NCBI GenBank assembly: GCA_937899275.1
Contig: CALBPE010000026.1
Span: 1-33,728 of the forward strand
Source: an uncultured Chlamydiae bacterium
Lineage (GTDB): Bacteria; Chlamydiota; Chlamydiia; Chlamydiales; SM23-39
Direction of reading: 5' to 3'
Length of the DNA: 33,728 bases
The notes beneath the pieces were generated by a model. The model saw nothing but the letters and a program-made list of their open reading frames with translations, was not told where the DNA came from and made no database searches. Below are positions 17,746-28,445 of the stretch, piece after piece; positions within the stretch are counted from its first letter, which is position 1; each line of letters opens with the position of its first letter. A program made the position numbers and the translations under genes.

Positions 17746-17899
17746 ATAGTTTTACTTCTCCCTACATTTCGTCTGTTTAACCCAGGGATCTTTTTTTTGG
17801 AAACAGTTTTTATCTGATTTAGTTAGAAAATACGGTAAGATAATTCTTAAAGGCATAGATATAAGAATGGATTATAGGCGACTACAGTATATGCATAGA

Positions 17900-18262
17900 T
17901 CAATAGCTATGCGAAGAGCCGCAGCCGCAGGAAGATTTGATGTTTGGATTGCGCACGCGAAAACCAGGATTTTGCAAATCATCTACATAGTCAATCAATG
18001 CACCAGCAAGCCTTGTTAGTTCATTTTTATCTACATGAATATCCACGCCCTCTGAAGTAAAAACTGCATCGGTATCTTTATTTGCTTCTGCAGAAAAATC
18101 AAGAACATGCTTATAGCCGGAGCATCCACCTGCCATCTCTTTTAATCGCAGTCCGTAGCCTTGTTTTCCTTCCTCTTCTAAAATTTCGAGAAATTTTTTC
18201 GCTGCTTTTTGCGTCAGCGTTATAGGTTTTATCGAAGGATTTTGTGTGCTTGTTTGATCCAT
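17900..18262 (-). CDS. Mirror copy: IscA/HesB-family protein
   Basis: Identical translation to 15467-15829. Confidence 0.9.
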   Translation of the reverse strand: MDQTSTQNPSIKPITLTQKAAKKFLEILEEEGKQGYGLRLKEMAGGCSGYKHVLDFSAEANKDTDAVFTSEGVDIHVDKNELTRLAGALIDYVDDLQNPGFRVRNPNIKSSCGCGSSHSY

Positions 18263-18279
18263 AATCTGAACTTTCTACC

Positions 18280-18549
18280 TTAAAATCGTATTTTTACTTT
18301 GCCTTGTTTGATTTTGCATTGGCATGCAAGGCGCTCGTGTTCCATGTCTCCGAGAAAATCTTGCTCTGCTTCAGTAAACTCTGAAAGATTCTCCATCTCT
18401 TTGGGATCGTTTACCTCGATAACGCAAGTTCCGCAAACGCCTTCTGTACAAGCAAAAGGTACGCCTGCTTCTTCACAAGCTTCTGTAATCGAAGATCCAT
18501 CTTCTAAATTGGCTTCTTCTCCGGTATCTTCAAAAATGAGTTTTGCCAT
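18280..18549 (-). CDS. Mirror copy: 2Fe-2S ferredoxin
   Basis: Identical translation to 15180-15449. Confidence 0.9.
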   Translation of the reverse strand: MAKLIFEDTGEEANLEDGSSITEACEEAGVPFACTEGVCGTCVIEVNDPKEMENLSEFTEAEQDFLGDMEHERLACQCKIKQGKVKIRF

Positions 18550-18718
18550 AAATACATCCTAAATTAGATTTTAGAGAAGTTTCATGCTACCAACGTTAGA
18601 AGAAAATAGCAAGAAAGATGTCACAGGCCTTCTAACAAAGTCGTGTAGATCTGCTGGTTTTAGGATAGCTTTGTTGGAAAAAATTCCTTGTATTTAGACA
18701 AAAACCTAAGCGATTTAC

Positions 18719-19090
18719 CAAAAGTAGAGCGCAAAGCCTCTTCCTTCAGGTGGAGGATGTAGAGCTCACCCAATTTCCTCCCATTGTTCAATTCAAAGTT
18801 CCCCCGCACCATACAAGCCAAATATGTCCCTGTTGCAATCACCAACCACCAAAAAATCGCAAAAGCCAATCTCGATTCGTATGTGAGAATTGTGAGCATA
18901 CGGCAAATGCCGACGATGTAGGAGCCATGAATAGTTTAGCCCGAGGACACCGGGTATTAGCCTGTGGAGTAGATTCGTTAGAATCTTCGGTGAAGCAGGA
19001 ACCAGCAGAAAGCAGCGATGCACACCTGCTCGTAAGTTGCGGTTAGCAACCTTTACGAATCTCCTTCCTTTAAGTGGGAGAGGATGTCAA
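18719..19090 (+). mobile_element. Mirror copy: miniature IS200/IS605 element with tnpB 3' fragment
   Basis: TTAC at 18715-18718, left-end hairpin, tnpB fragment ending at 19046, right end ...gaggatgTCAA at 19090. Confidence 0.88.
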
Positions 19091-19245
19091 TCGCTTAAAA
19101 GCGCTTTGGCAGATTCTTTTAAGGTGGCGATTCCATCAGTAAAGCCGCAGCGGACTAAAAGATCTTGTAGCTGGTCTAATTCGGTTTGGTAGTAATCGAG
19201 AAGGCTTTCTAAACGGGCTAATTTTTGCTGTTTTTTATTATACAT
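19087..19245 (-). CDS. Mirror copy: 52-aa hypothetical protein
   Basis: Reverse complement of 14484-14642. Confidence 0.72.
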   Translation of the reverse strand: MYNKKQQKLARLESLLDYYQTELDQLQDLLVRCGFTDGIATLKESAKALLSD

Positions 19246-19462
19246 AAACATACCTCGTAAAAGGTTAATAAACAGAATTCATCTTTTATTTATTTTATAA
19301 TAAAAAACGTTAAAAGTCAATGAATATTAATTTTTATATTGTTTTAATAACAAAAACTGCATATTAAAATTAAATTTCTAGATTTATTAAAAATTCGCTG
19401 CAGAAATAGAGCTGTAATTTGTTTCATTTTGGCTGAAAAAACAGTTGGTATAGCAATTTTTC

Positions 19463-20050
19463 TTAAAAGGTTTTGCAAATATGCTGCAGCGCCTCTTGAA
19501 ATACCTTAACTAAAGGCTGATCAGCAGCTACACTAGCTACGATATGGGAAGGGTATTTTTTAATGATACCAGCTGTTTTTGTTTCATATTCTTCAAGTCG
19601 TTTTTTCAAAACCATGGGATCTTGATCATCGACTCTTTTCTGTTTTTTGGCTCTTCCTGCTATACGCTGAGCGAGGACTTGTTGATCTTTTACGTATAGA
19701 CAGATCACAAGGCGCACTGCAATAAAAGGCTGTAAAAGCTCCACTTGCCGCTCTGTTCTTGGAATACCGTCTAAGATCAAATAGTCCCGTTTTTTAGAAA
19801 GCAGGCGCAGCTTTTCCTCTTTTTCAAGATACTTTTTGACGCAAGATACCACTTCTTCATCTGGCATCAAAAGACCTTTTTTTGCCCTTTTTTGAAACTC
19901 TTGACCTAAAGAAGAGCGAGGACTAATGCTTCTAAGCACATCGCCAGATGAGATATGCTTTCCCCACCGCAGTAAAGAAAGCGTTTTGCCGATCGATCCT
20001 TTTCCTGAACCTGGAGGCCCTAAAAGGACTAAGGTAGAAAATCGATCCAT
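19463..20050 (-). CDS. adk: Mirror copy: adenylate kinase
   Basis: Identical translation to 13679-14266. Confidence 0.86.
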   Translation of the reverse strand: MDRFSTLVLLGPPGSGKGSIGKTLSLLRWGKHISSGDVLRSISPRSSLGQEFQKRAKKGLLMPDEEVVSCVKKYLEKEEKLRLLSKKRDYLILDGIPRTERQVELLQPFIAVRLVICLYVKDQQVLAQRIAGRAKKQKRVDDQDPMVLKKRLEEYETKTAGIIKKYPSHIVASVAADQPLVKVFQEALQHICKTF

Positions 20051-20153
20051 AGGCGCGCTCCGGCTTTTTTATTTACTATAGTCGATCTGGTTTTTCCGTC
20101 TATAAATAAAAACTTTACATTTTCTTTAAAATAAGGTAAAATAGTATTAAAGG

Positions 20154-20594
20154 ATGATTATGCATATTACTACAAATATATCTTATCAAGGCAGTAATTA
20201 CCGCGTTACCGTGGAAGGTACAGGTAGCCCTTCTCGAGCAAAACACCATGAAGAATTGATTCAAACCATTGCTTTAGAGTCTTTTAAAAGAATATCAATG
20301 TACTATTCAGCTCCAATAAACAGATTAGAAATTGATTCTCCCGGTGTAAACGCTTTGCAAAGAAAGGCCCAAATCCTAGTAAATGGTAGATCTCTAAAGC
20401 AGTCTCCTAGACAAATTGCTGTTTCTTCTCAGTTTTTTAATTTACATAAATTTAGTCTTAAAAAACCTAATAAAAATAACTTAGGTAAAAATTCCTCTTT
20501 TGCCTATTTTACACTCCTTTCCTTGCTGCAGATCTTGCAGGCTAGGGTATTCCAAACAAAAGCTTGGATTCGGTCAGATATAACCCGTTTATAA
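20154..20594 (+). CDS. Mirror copy: orphan hypothetical protein
   Basis: Identical translation to 13135-13575. Confidence 0.55.
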   Translation: MIMHITTNISYQGSNYRVTVEGTGSPSRAKHHEELIQTIALESFKRISMYYSAPINRLEIDSPGVNALQRKAQILVNGRSLKQSPRQIAVSSQFFNLHKFSLKKPNKNNLGKNSSFAYFTLLSLLQILQARVFQTKAWIRSDITRL

Positions 20595-20686
20595 TATAAC
20601 TACGTATTTATTATTTAATTAATCGTAATAATTTATTGACACTAATTGTAATTATAAATATAATTTAGTTGAACTAAAGGGAATTT

Positions 20687-21871
20687 ATGGCTAGTGTCTT
20701 TCCAGCTCACTCCTTACAGAGACCCAGAGATTCTGAATCTAGAACTGGACTCTACACAATTTGGGAAACCCTTCCTACTACAGATATAGTAGGGGGATGC
20801 GCATCCATTGTATCTAGTGCACATAATATCGGCGCTAAGTATCGTCCAGTTTCCCGCCTATCGAAACGGGTATGCGGTAGCATACCTACTTCTATAAGCA
20901 AAGGCGCTTTAAATGTAGTCAATGGCGTTGGTAGCTTAGGAAGCTTAGGAACAGGAGCGAAACTCCTTGCAAAAGCGGGACAAGAAGCGGTCCAATCTGG
21001 GCAAGATGCGGATGTGGAAAGGGGCTCTTATAGCGCTATGACCGCTATATCGGGCGCATCTTTATTTATAGGCGGCGCGCTTTCTACTATTCAGGTGTGG
21101 GCTAAATTTATGAAAAACGCTGCTTTAGTCAAAGCGGTATCCCCTTTACTACCGTACGTGTTTTTGCCTTCTTCTATATCGGTTTTAATAGAAGGGCTTA
21201 TGCTACTGCGTCATACGACCTCTTTTCGACAAGACTATGGCGTAACTAGAGCTGAAGATTCGGCTACTTTACTACTAAGAATGCGCTATTTACACTCGTT
21301 TTTTACCGTATCTGAAGAAGAGTCGCAAGAGCTGGAGCAAGCTGTCAATAATGCAGAGTTAGATAAATTCCAAAAACAAATGGAGAAAGTACTGCAAGGA
21401 TCTTCGGGTATAACAGACTATGATGTTTGTAGTCATGCTCGTTGTAATACACAAGAAGCAGCGGTACTGAAAGACCAGCTTCTTAGAAGAAAAAAAGAAG
21501 CTTTGCAAAGACGAATAGGAGCGCTTTGTATGCAAGAAATAGAAAATGTGGATTTAGAAGCGCTCATCGGTAACTTGCAAAATGAGGGGGATATAAGGGC
21601 GCTTGCCAAAGCTAAAAAGCTGGACGCTTTGATCCGGAAAGAAAGTTACAAAAAAATGGTGCTTGCGACGTTTTTGATTTTAGCTGCATTAATTGGTATC
21701 GCATCTTTTATCATCGGCCTACTCATTAGTGGGGGGATGCTTCCTATGCTGATCGGACTTGCTTTAGGACTGCTCTGGCTTTTAATCGACTCAGATATGA
21801 TCAACTCTGCAGCTGAAAAAGTCTGGTCTTTATACGAGGGGCAACAGCCAGATGCTATAGAAAATGGGTAG
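20687..21871 (+). CDS. Mirror copy: Inc/effector-like membrane protein
   Basis: Identical translation to 11858-13042. Confidence 0.73.
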   Translation: MASVFPAHSLQRPRDSESRTGLYTIWETLPTTDIVGGCASIVSSAHNIGAKYRPVSRLSKRVCGSIPTSISKGALNVVNGVGSLGSLGTGAKLLAKAGQEAVQSGQDADVERGSYSAMTAISGASLFIGGALSTIQVWAKFMKNAALVKAVSPLLPYVFLPSSISVLIEGLMLLRHTTSFRQDYGVTRAEDSATLLLRMRYLHSFFTVSEEESQELEQAVNNAELDKFQKQMEKVLQGSSGITDYDVCSHARCNTQEAAVLKDQLLRRKKEALQRRIGALCMQEIENVDLEALIGNLQNEGDIRALAKAKKLDALIRKESYKKMVLATFLILAALIGIASFIIGLLISGGMLPMLIGLALGLLWLLIDSDMINSAAEKVWSLYEGQQPDAIENG

Positions 21872-21891
21872 TATGTTATACCTTTTAAAGT

Positions 21892-22746
21892 ATGGAGCTT
21901 TTACAAGAATTTCATACGATGTTGGTCTTAAGAAAAGGCCTTTCTTCTCATAGCGTCGCTGCTTATGTGCGCGATGTAAAGCAGCTGCTATCTTTTTTAC
22001 AAAAACCTCCACATCTTTTAGGATCAATAGAAGAAAAAGACGTCACTGGGTATTTACAGCAAATGCATAGCCAGTACGCGCCTTCAAGTTTCTTTCGTAA
22101 AGTTGTGGCTATTAAGGCTTTTCTGTATTTTTTACATGAAAAGGACTTGATAGAAAAACCGTTATTCCAAGAGCTATCTGTACAAAAGCTTTCTCCTAAA
22201 GTACCTAATCTTTTGTCTGTAGATGAAGTAGATCGCCTTTTACATGCTCCAGATTCTTCTGGTTTTTTGGGAGCAAGAGATCGGGCAATACTGGAGCTTT
22301 TATATGCATCGGGCATGCGCGCATCGGAATGCGCAGCTTTACAGATCAAAAATCTACAAAAATCTGCAGTTCATGTGCAAGGTAAAGGGAAAAAAGAGCG
22401 CATGCTACCTCTTTTACCTAGAACCATTGATACCATCGATGCGTATCTTTTGCATAGACATGATTCAGAAAAAGCGCTTTTCATCAGTGAGAAAAAACAA
22501 CCCATTGATCGTATTGTAATTTACCGCATTGTCCGAAAGTATGCGAAAAAAATTGGGCTACAAGGAGCGATTTCTCCCCATACCCTTCGTCACTGTTATG
22601 CGACGCATTTACTGGAAAATGGCGCGGGGTTAAGGGTGATTCAAGAGCTTCTCGGTCATGAAGATATCAAGACAACCGATGTATATACCCATATCAGCGC
22701 TCATAAGCTCCAAGAGGAGTTTCATTTATTTCATCCAAGGCCGTAG
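21892..22746 (+). CDS. xerD: Mirror copy: XerD-like tyrosine recombinase
   Basis: Identical translation to 10983-11837. Confidence 0.8.
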   Translation: MELLQEFHTMLVLRKGLSSHSVAAYVRDVKQLLSFLQKPPHLLGSIEEKDVTGYLQQMHSQYAPSSFFRKVVAIKAFLYFLHEKDLIEKPLFQELSVQKLSPKVPNLLSVDEVDRLLHAPDSSGFLGARDRAILELLYASGMRASECAALQIKNLQKSAVHVQGKGKKERMLPLLPRTIDTIDAYLLHRHDSEKALFISEKKQPIDRIVIYRIVRKYAKKIGLQGAISPHTLRHCYATHLLENGAGLRVIQELLGHEDIKTTDVYTHISAHKLQEEFHLFHPRP

Positions 22747-22747
22747 C

Positions 22748-25700
22748 TTATTTAGAAGCCTTTTTTTTGGAAGGATAGAGCATTTTTCCCACTTTTTCTG
22801 CTGCTGTTTCTAGACAGTAGAAAATCACCGGAGTTAAAAACAAAGTGAGCACCTGAGAAAACAATAGCCCGCCCACAACGGCTATCCCCAAAGGCGCTCT
22901 TGTCGATGCGCTGGGCCCTCCAATACCTAAAGCGATCGGTAAAGCGCCCATAAGCGCTGCAAAACTTGTCATAAGTATAGGCCGAAAACGGAGGATGCAG
23001 GCAGTGAAAATCGCATCGTAGCTGCTCGATCCTTTTTTGATTGCTGTATTTGCAAAATCAACCATCATGATGCCGTTTTTCATCACAATACCCAGCAGCA
23101 TGATGCTCCCGACAAAGGAAAATAACGATAACGCCTTACCCATGATGTAAAGAGAGAAAAGACCGCCAAATGTAGCGGGGAAAAGCGCGCTCATCACAGT
23201 TAACGGGTGGAGAAAATGTTCATATAAGATGCCTAAAATCAGATAGATGACAAAAACGGTTAAAAGAAAAAGAAGCGCCATGGACCGTACACTTTTTTGA
23301 AAGACCTCGGCAGATCCGCTGGATCTACCTGATACCGAACGGGGAAGCAGCATTGCACTATATTTTTCGAGGACAGAAATCGCCTCGCCTAATGTTTTTC
23401 CAGGAGCTACGTTAAACGATATCGTCGCTGCAGGAAGTCCGTTGATATGCGTCATCGATAAAGGACCTACCGACTCCTTGGTATCGACTACCTGGGTTAA
23501 AGGAACAAGAAGGTTTTGTTTATTGCGTAAAAACAGATAGGAAAATGCAGAAGAATCTCGGTAAAATTGAGGTAGCGTTTCCACAATAACGTCATATTGA
23601 TTCAAAGCGCCATAGATGGTAGAGATTTTATTTGTTGAATAAGCGTAGCTAAAAAGATCCTCAATATCTCTTGCATCGATGCCGAGTTCAGCGGCTTGTT
23701 TTCGACGTATGGTAATTTGTGTTTGGGGCTGGCTGATTTGCAAATCAGAAGATACCTCGGTGAAAAGATCGCGCCGTTTTTTTACTTCTGCCACCATTTT
23801 TTCTACTGCGGGATAAAGCGTTTTGGTATCGATACCTGTCAAAGAGTATTGATAAAGCGCTTTTGTTGTCGTGCCTAAGGTTAAGTTGATCAAAGGAAGA
23901 GGGGAAAGGTAGGCGTTAATACCGGGTACCTCTTCGATTTTTTTTTGTAGATCTTCTACTACAGTGGAAAGAGAAGCTCTTTTGTCTAATGGCTTTAGCT
24001 GTAGAAAAAATAATCCTTGGTTATCGCTCACTACGCTTGATACAGATGTCATCGATACCACCGATTGCACAGCGGGGTCATTTGCGCAAATAGCTGCTAT
24101 CTGGTCTTGTTTTTCTTTTTGAGAAAAGGGGGACGTTCCATCTTGTGATTGAGTAAAGCCTTGGATAAACCCTTCGTCTTGTACCGGTAGAAAATCTGTG
24201 GGCATCTCTTTGATCAGAACAACCGATCCTACAAAAGATAAAAACCCTAGAAATAATACGAAGCGCTTTTTTTTAAAAGCCCATGTAAGCGCTTTTTGAT
24301 ACAGGGAAAGAAGAGCTTTTTGGCATTTTTCTGTTTGCCTCTCTACGCGGCTTTTTTGGGCTTTTTGGCTCCTTTTTTTGATACACCGGCTACAAAGTAA
24401 AGGTGTTAATGAAAGAGCAATAGCGCCAGAAAAACCTACAGCAATCATAATGGTAAGGGAGAATTCTCGAAATAACCTACCTAAAATACTATCTAAAAAT
24501 AGCATGGGAAAAAATACGCTGATCAAACAAAGGCTCATAGACACTACAGTACTCGTGATTTCTGTTGAGCCGATCATAGCGGCATCTCGCGGGCTTTTCC
24601 CTTCATGAACATGACGTATGATGTTTTCAAGGACAACGATTGCATCATCCACTAAAAACCCAATCGAAAGGGTTAATGCAAGAAGCGATAAAATATCTAA
24701 GCTATAACCTAAGATGTATAGTAAACAAAAGGTACCTAAAATCGATAGAGGGATAGCAAAAGAGGGGATTAAGGTGTTTTGCCACTTACCAAAAAATAGA
24801 TAGATGATGCCCACGACTAGGATAAAAGCAATCCATAGGGTCAGTTTCACATCGCGAACTGAATCGAGTATAATGGTTTTTTTGTTATATAAAGTTGCGT
24901 ATCTAAGAGATGCGGGAAGCTCTTTTTTAAGGCTGGGAAGCGTTTGAAAGATCTGATCTGTAACCGATACCGTATTTGCCCCTGGCAGGGTTTGCACTGC
25001 AAGAACAACGCAGGGCTTAACTGCATTTTTCTGTCTGTAGGTAAGCGAGTATTTATCATCTTCTAAGCTGTTTACAGCTCTTCCTACATCGCCAATACAG
25101 ACCGTTTTGCCATCTTTGCTTCGTAACACTAACTTCTCATAGCCTTCTGCAGACATAATTTGTCCATCGACATCGATGGTAGATTCCCGCGCTTTTCCAT
25201 ACAATACGCCTGTAGGTAGATCGACGTTGGCCTTTGTTACTGCTTGTACAACATCTTTCATGGTCAAGCCGATATGGGCGAGTTTTCCCGGATCGATCTG
25301 GATGCGAGCAGCATAGGGTGAGCCGAAGGTAATGACCTGCGATACGCCAGGCAAAATGCTGAGCCTTTGACCTATGTAGGTGTTGGCGTAGTCATAGAGC
25401 TTTTGTTTATCTAATGCATCAGAAGTCACAGCGATGTATAAAATGGGAGTCTGCGCTGGATTGATTTTTTTATAGGTAGGGCTTGAGGGAAGGTCATCTG
25501 GTAAATTTGGAAGGGCGCGGTTAATTGCTGCTTGCACATCCACTGCTGCGCTATCCATAGATTTTTCTAATACAAACTGCAAAACAGCGGTTAAAGAGCC
25601 GTTTTGGCTTCTAGAAAATAACGTATGGACCCCATCGATTGTCATAAACTGCCGCTCTAAAGGCACAGCGCAGCTTGCCGAAATCGTTTCAGGGCTTGCG

Positions 25701-25858
25701 CCAGGATAGGATAAAGATACCGTTATCGTGGGAAATTCCACATTGGGAAGGTCGGATACAGGGAGGCTTTTGTAAGAAAAATACCCAAAAAATGCGATGG
25801 ATAGCATCACAAGGGTTGTCATCACCGGCTTTTTGATGCAAAGTGTGGGCAGGTTCAT
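22748..25858 (-). CDS. Mirror copy: RND efflux permease (one I>S difference)
   Basis: Same as 7871-10981 except GSIMLLG versus GIIMLLG. Confidence 0.93.
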   Translation of the reverse strand: MNLPTLCIKKPVMTTLVMLSIAFFGYFSYKSLPVSDLPNVEFPTITVSLSYPGASPETISASCAVPLERQFMTIDGVHTLFSRSQNGSLTAVLQFVLEKSMDSAAVDVQAAINRALPNLPDDLPSSPTYKKINPAQTPILYIAVTSDALDKQKLYDYANTYIGQRLSILPGVSQVITFGSPYAARIQIDPGKLAHIGLTMKDVVQAVTKANVDLPTGVLYGKARESTIDVDGQIMSAEGYEKLVLRSKDGKTVCIGDVGRAVNSLEDDKYSLTYRQKNAVKPCVVLAVQTLPGANTVSVTDQIFQTLPSLKKELPASLRYATLYNKKTIILDSVRDVKLTLWIAFILVVGIIYLFFGKWQNTLIPSFAIPLSILGTFCLLYILGYSLDILSLLALTLSIGFLVDDAIVVLENIIRHVHEGKSPRDAAMIGSTEITSTVVSMSLCLISVFFPMLFLDSILGRLFREFSLTIMIAVGFSGAIALSLTPLLCSRCIKKRSQKAQKSRVERQTEKCQKALLSLYQKALTWAFKKKRFVLFLGFLSFVGSVVLIKEMPTDFLPVQDEGFIQGFTQSQDGTSPFSQKEKQDQIAAICANDPAVQSVVSMTSVSSVVSDNQGLFFLQLKPLDKRASLSTVVEDLQKKIEEVPGINAYLSPLPLINLTLGTTTKALYQYSLTGIDTKTLYPAVEKMVAEVKKRRDLFTEVSSDLQISQPQTQITIRRKQAAELGIDARDIEDLFSYAYSTNKISTIYGALNQYDVIVETLPQFYRDSSAFSYLFLRNKQNLLVPLTQVVDTKESVGPLSMTHINGLPAATISFNVAPGKTLGEAISVLEKYSAMLLPRSVSGRSSGSAEVFQKSVRSMALLFLLTVFVIYLILGILYEHFLHPLTVMSALFPATFGGLFSLYIMGKALSLFSFVGSIMLLGIVMKNGIMMVDFANTAIKKGSSSYDAIFTACILRFRPILMTSFAALMGALPIALGIGGPSASTRAPLGIAVVGGLLFSQVLTLFLTPVIFYCLETAAEKVGKMLYPSKKKASK

Positions 25859-26943
25859 AAGCCTCTTTCTAGCGTTTTTGATACTAAAGCGCCTGGATAA
25901 AGGTTTTGACTGCCTGCAATCACCACTTCTTCATCGGGCTGGAGCCCTTTAGAAATACAAATCTCATCTCCATACCTTTGTCCGGTACTGATAAAGCGCA
26001 TAGCTGCTACATTTTGTCCGTTAATGACAAAGACAAAAGCGCCTTTACTGCTGCGGTTTACCGCGCTAAAAGGGATCATCAGCGCATCTTTTTGTATCGA
26101 TAAAATCAAGCGCACTTGGACATATTTTCCCGGCCAAAGCGCCTCTTCTTTATTAGAAAATACAGAGCGAAGGGTAATCGTTCCTGTATCTGGGTCGATT
26201 TGGTTGTTGATCATCTCAAGTTTTCCCTGCCAGCTGATTTGCTTCGTTGGATCCAAAGCTGTTGTGCGCAAAGGGCCCTGCTTTTTCCTATACTTACGAA
26301 TCACCCCAAGGTCTTTTTCAGGTAGGGAAAAAGAGACGTACATGGGATGCATTTGATGGATCGTGACAAGCGTTTTTTGATCATCTCCTGTAAGGATATT
26401 GCCTTCATCAATTTTTAAGATGCCAGCTCTTCCTTTGATAGGGGAATAGATCCAGCAGTAGCCGAGTTCTACGCGCGCTTTTTGTAGATTTGCTTCCGCT
26501 TGTTTTACAGCGCCTTCTGCTGCGTGTAGCTTGCTTTTTAGCGCATCGAACTGCAGTTTTGCATAGTAATCTTCATCGGTTAAAGGAGAAAAACGGACTA
26601 CTTTTTCTCTTGCTATATCTAAATTAGCAAGGCGCTGTTGCAAGACGCCTTCTGCTTTTTTTACTTCTGCTTCCAATGTTCTTGGATCGATCGTAAAAAG
26701 AAGATCTCCTTTTTTAATTGGGCTCCCTTCTTGAAAATATACCCCTGTGATTTGACCTTGTACGCGGGAGGTGACATCTACCCGTAATATAGGCTCAACC
26801 CTACCTATTGTATCGCGGTATAGGGGGATATCTATCTGACGGACCTTGGCTGTTTTTACAGGAAAAACAGGAGAAATAGGCGGCTTTTTTTCTCTAGAAC
26901 AGGAAAAAAAAACGATGCAGAAAAGTATACAAATGGGTCTCAT
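25855..26943 (-). CDS. Mirror copy: RND periplasmic adaptor
   Basis: Identical translation to 6786-7874. Confidence 0.92.
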   Translation of the reverse strand: MRPICILFCIVFFSCSREKKPPISPVFPVKTAKVRQIDIPLYRDTIGRVEPILRVDVTSRVQGQITGVYFQEGSPIKKGDLLFTIDPRTLEAEVKKAEGVLQQRLANLDIAREKVVRFSPLTDEDYYAKLQFDALKSKLHAAEGAVKQAEANLQKARVELGYCWIYSPIKGRAGILKIDEGNILTGDDQKTLVTIHQMHPMYVSFSLPEKDLGVIRKYRKKQGPLRTTALDPTKQISWQGKLEMINNQIDPDTGTITLRSVFSNKEEALWPGKYVQVRLILSIQKDALMIPFSAVNRSSKGAFVFVINGQNVAAMRFISTGQRYGDEICISKGLQPDEEVVIAGSQNLYPGALVSKTLERGL

Positions 26944-28370
26944 AATACCTCTTCTGTAAAACCGAAGGCGCCTGTGCTATAGGCGATTTCTGCTAGCGAT
27001 TGGTACCAATTTTTTTTGGCTTCAGCAAGTTTTGCTCTTGCATCAGCAAGAGAGCTTTGCGCAGAAAGCACATCTAAAATCGTATTGACGCCTAACCGGT
27101 AGTTTTCTGTAGCGATACGAAACTGTTTTTTCGCTTCTTTGAGGTATTCTTCTGTAAAACCGAGGGCATCTTTTGCTGCAATGAGATTTGTACGCGCATT
27201 TTGGATTTCGCTAACGACACTCAGCTCTTTAGACAAGAGCTCAGCTGCGCTTTTTTCTAAATCCGCCTGCTTTTGTTTTATTTGATTTTCTACCATAAAC
27301 CCCTCGAATAAAGGCAGTTCTAACTTTAGAAGAAAAGCCCAGTGGTAATCCTCATCTTGCGCATGGTCGTACCAGTATTTTCCTAAATCAAAAGAAGCAT
27401 CCACTTTAGGAAAATGCCCTGAGCGCGCTTTTACAAGATCTGCTTTTTTTTCCGCTACTTTAGCTATAGATGCTTGTAGATCAGGGCGGCATTTTTGCGC
27501 TTTTGCAATAAGAAGATCTGCATCTTCTATGCAGCTTTTTACCACTACTTTTTTCGGCAAAGGCTGTACGTTGAAAGAGATGTTTGCGGGAAGCCCTAGA
27601 TCTTTTGCTAGCTGAGAAAACTGGCGAAGCGTAGCTTTTTTTTGTCCAATCATCGCAATTTTTTTCTGGATGAAATGCGTTTTTGCCTGGGATATATCGC
27701 CTGCTGCAAATACACCTACGCGGCCTTTTTCTTCTGCTGCTTGGAGCGTAACAGACGCATTTTCTACGTCAGCTTCTAACGCTAAAAGACGCTCTTTTTC
27801 ATATAAATAGGTGTAGTAGTCGTCCATTACGATTTGTATCGCTGTTTGAATCGTGCGGTTATGCGTTAAATCGGCAAAAAGCAGGCTTTTTCTTGCAGCA
27901 TCAGAACTTGCTTTTCTCGCTCCAAAATCTAGTAGGGTATAGGTGATCTGCATTTCAGGGCCTGTCGTAGTCAGTAGATAGGGAATTGTGAAGGTTTCCG
28001 ATAGGGAAAACGTTTGTCTTTCTCTTTGGTATTTTGCAGATGCATCAATTTTTGGAAGGTACGCTGCCTCGGACTGGGCGTAAATTGCTGCTTTAGACCG
28101 CGCTTCTGCCCACGAGGATTTAATATTAAAATTATTATAAAGAGCGATATCGATAAGTTCTGCTAAAGATAGGTCGTGATCATCATAATCTTTAGGGATA
28201 TAGGTAGTAAAATACTTAGAGGAAAGAAGGCAGCTATCTTCTGCATCGATTTGCCACATCGCATTAGGTAATGAAGGAGCAAGCGCGTAGGGATCGACAA
28301 GAGCCTTTGTATGACTACAGCTAGAAAGTAGGGATCCCCCCAAAAACAACAAAATGTATCTCTTTTTCAT
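26940..28370 (-). CDS. Mirror copy: TolC-family protein
   Basis: Identical translation to 5359-6789. Confidence 0.9.
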   Translation of the reverse strand: MKKRYILLFLGGSLLSSCSHTKALVDPYALAPSLPNAMWQIDAEDSCLLSSKYFTTYIPKDYDDHDLSLAELIDIALYNNFNIKSSWAEARSKAAIYAQSEAAYLPKIDASAKYQRERQTFSLSETFTIPYLLTTTGPEMQITYTLLDFGARKASSDAARKSLLFADLTHNRTIQTAIQIVMDDYYTYLYEKERLLALEADVENASVTLQAAEEKGRVGVFAAGDISQAKTHFIQKKIAMIGQKKATLRQFSQLAKDLGLPANISFNVQPLPKKVVVKSCIEDADLLIAKAQKCRPDLQASIAKVAEKKADLVKARSGHFPKVDASFDLGKYWYDHAQDEDYHWAFLLKLELPLFEGFMVENQIKQKQADLEKSAAELLSKELSVVSEIQNARTNLIAAKDALGFTEEYLKEAKKQFRIATENYRLGVNTILDVLSAQSSLADARAKLAEAKKNWYQSLAEIAYSTGAFGFTEEVL

Positions 28371-28445
28371 GCGGCAGAGCTATTCCACGGAATTTCGAAA
28401 GAGGGATTTTGTCCACTCCTCCCTTGATACGGTTTTTAGAGAATA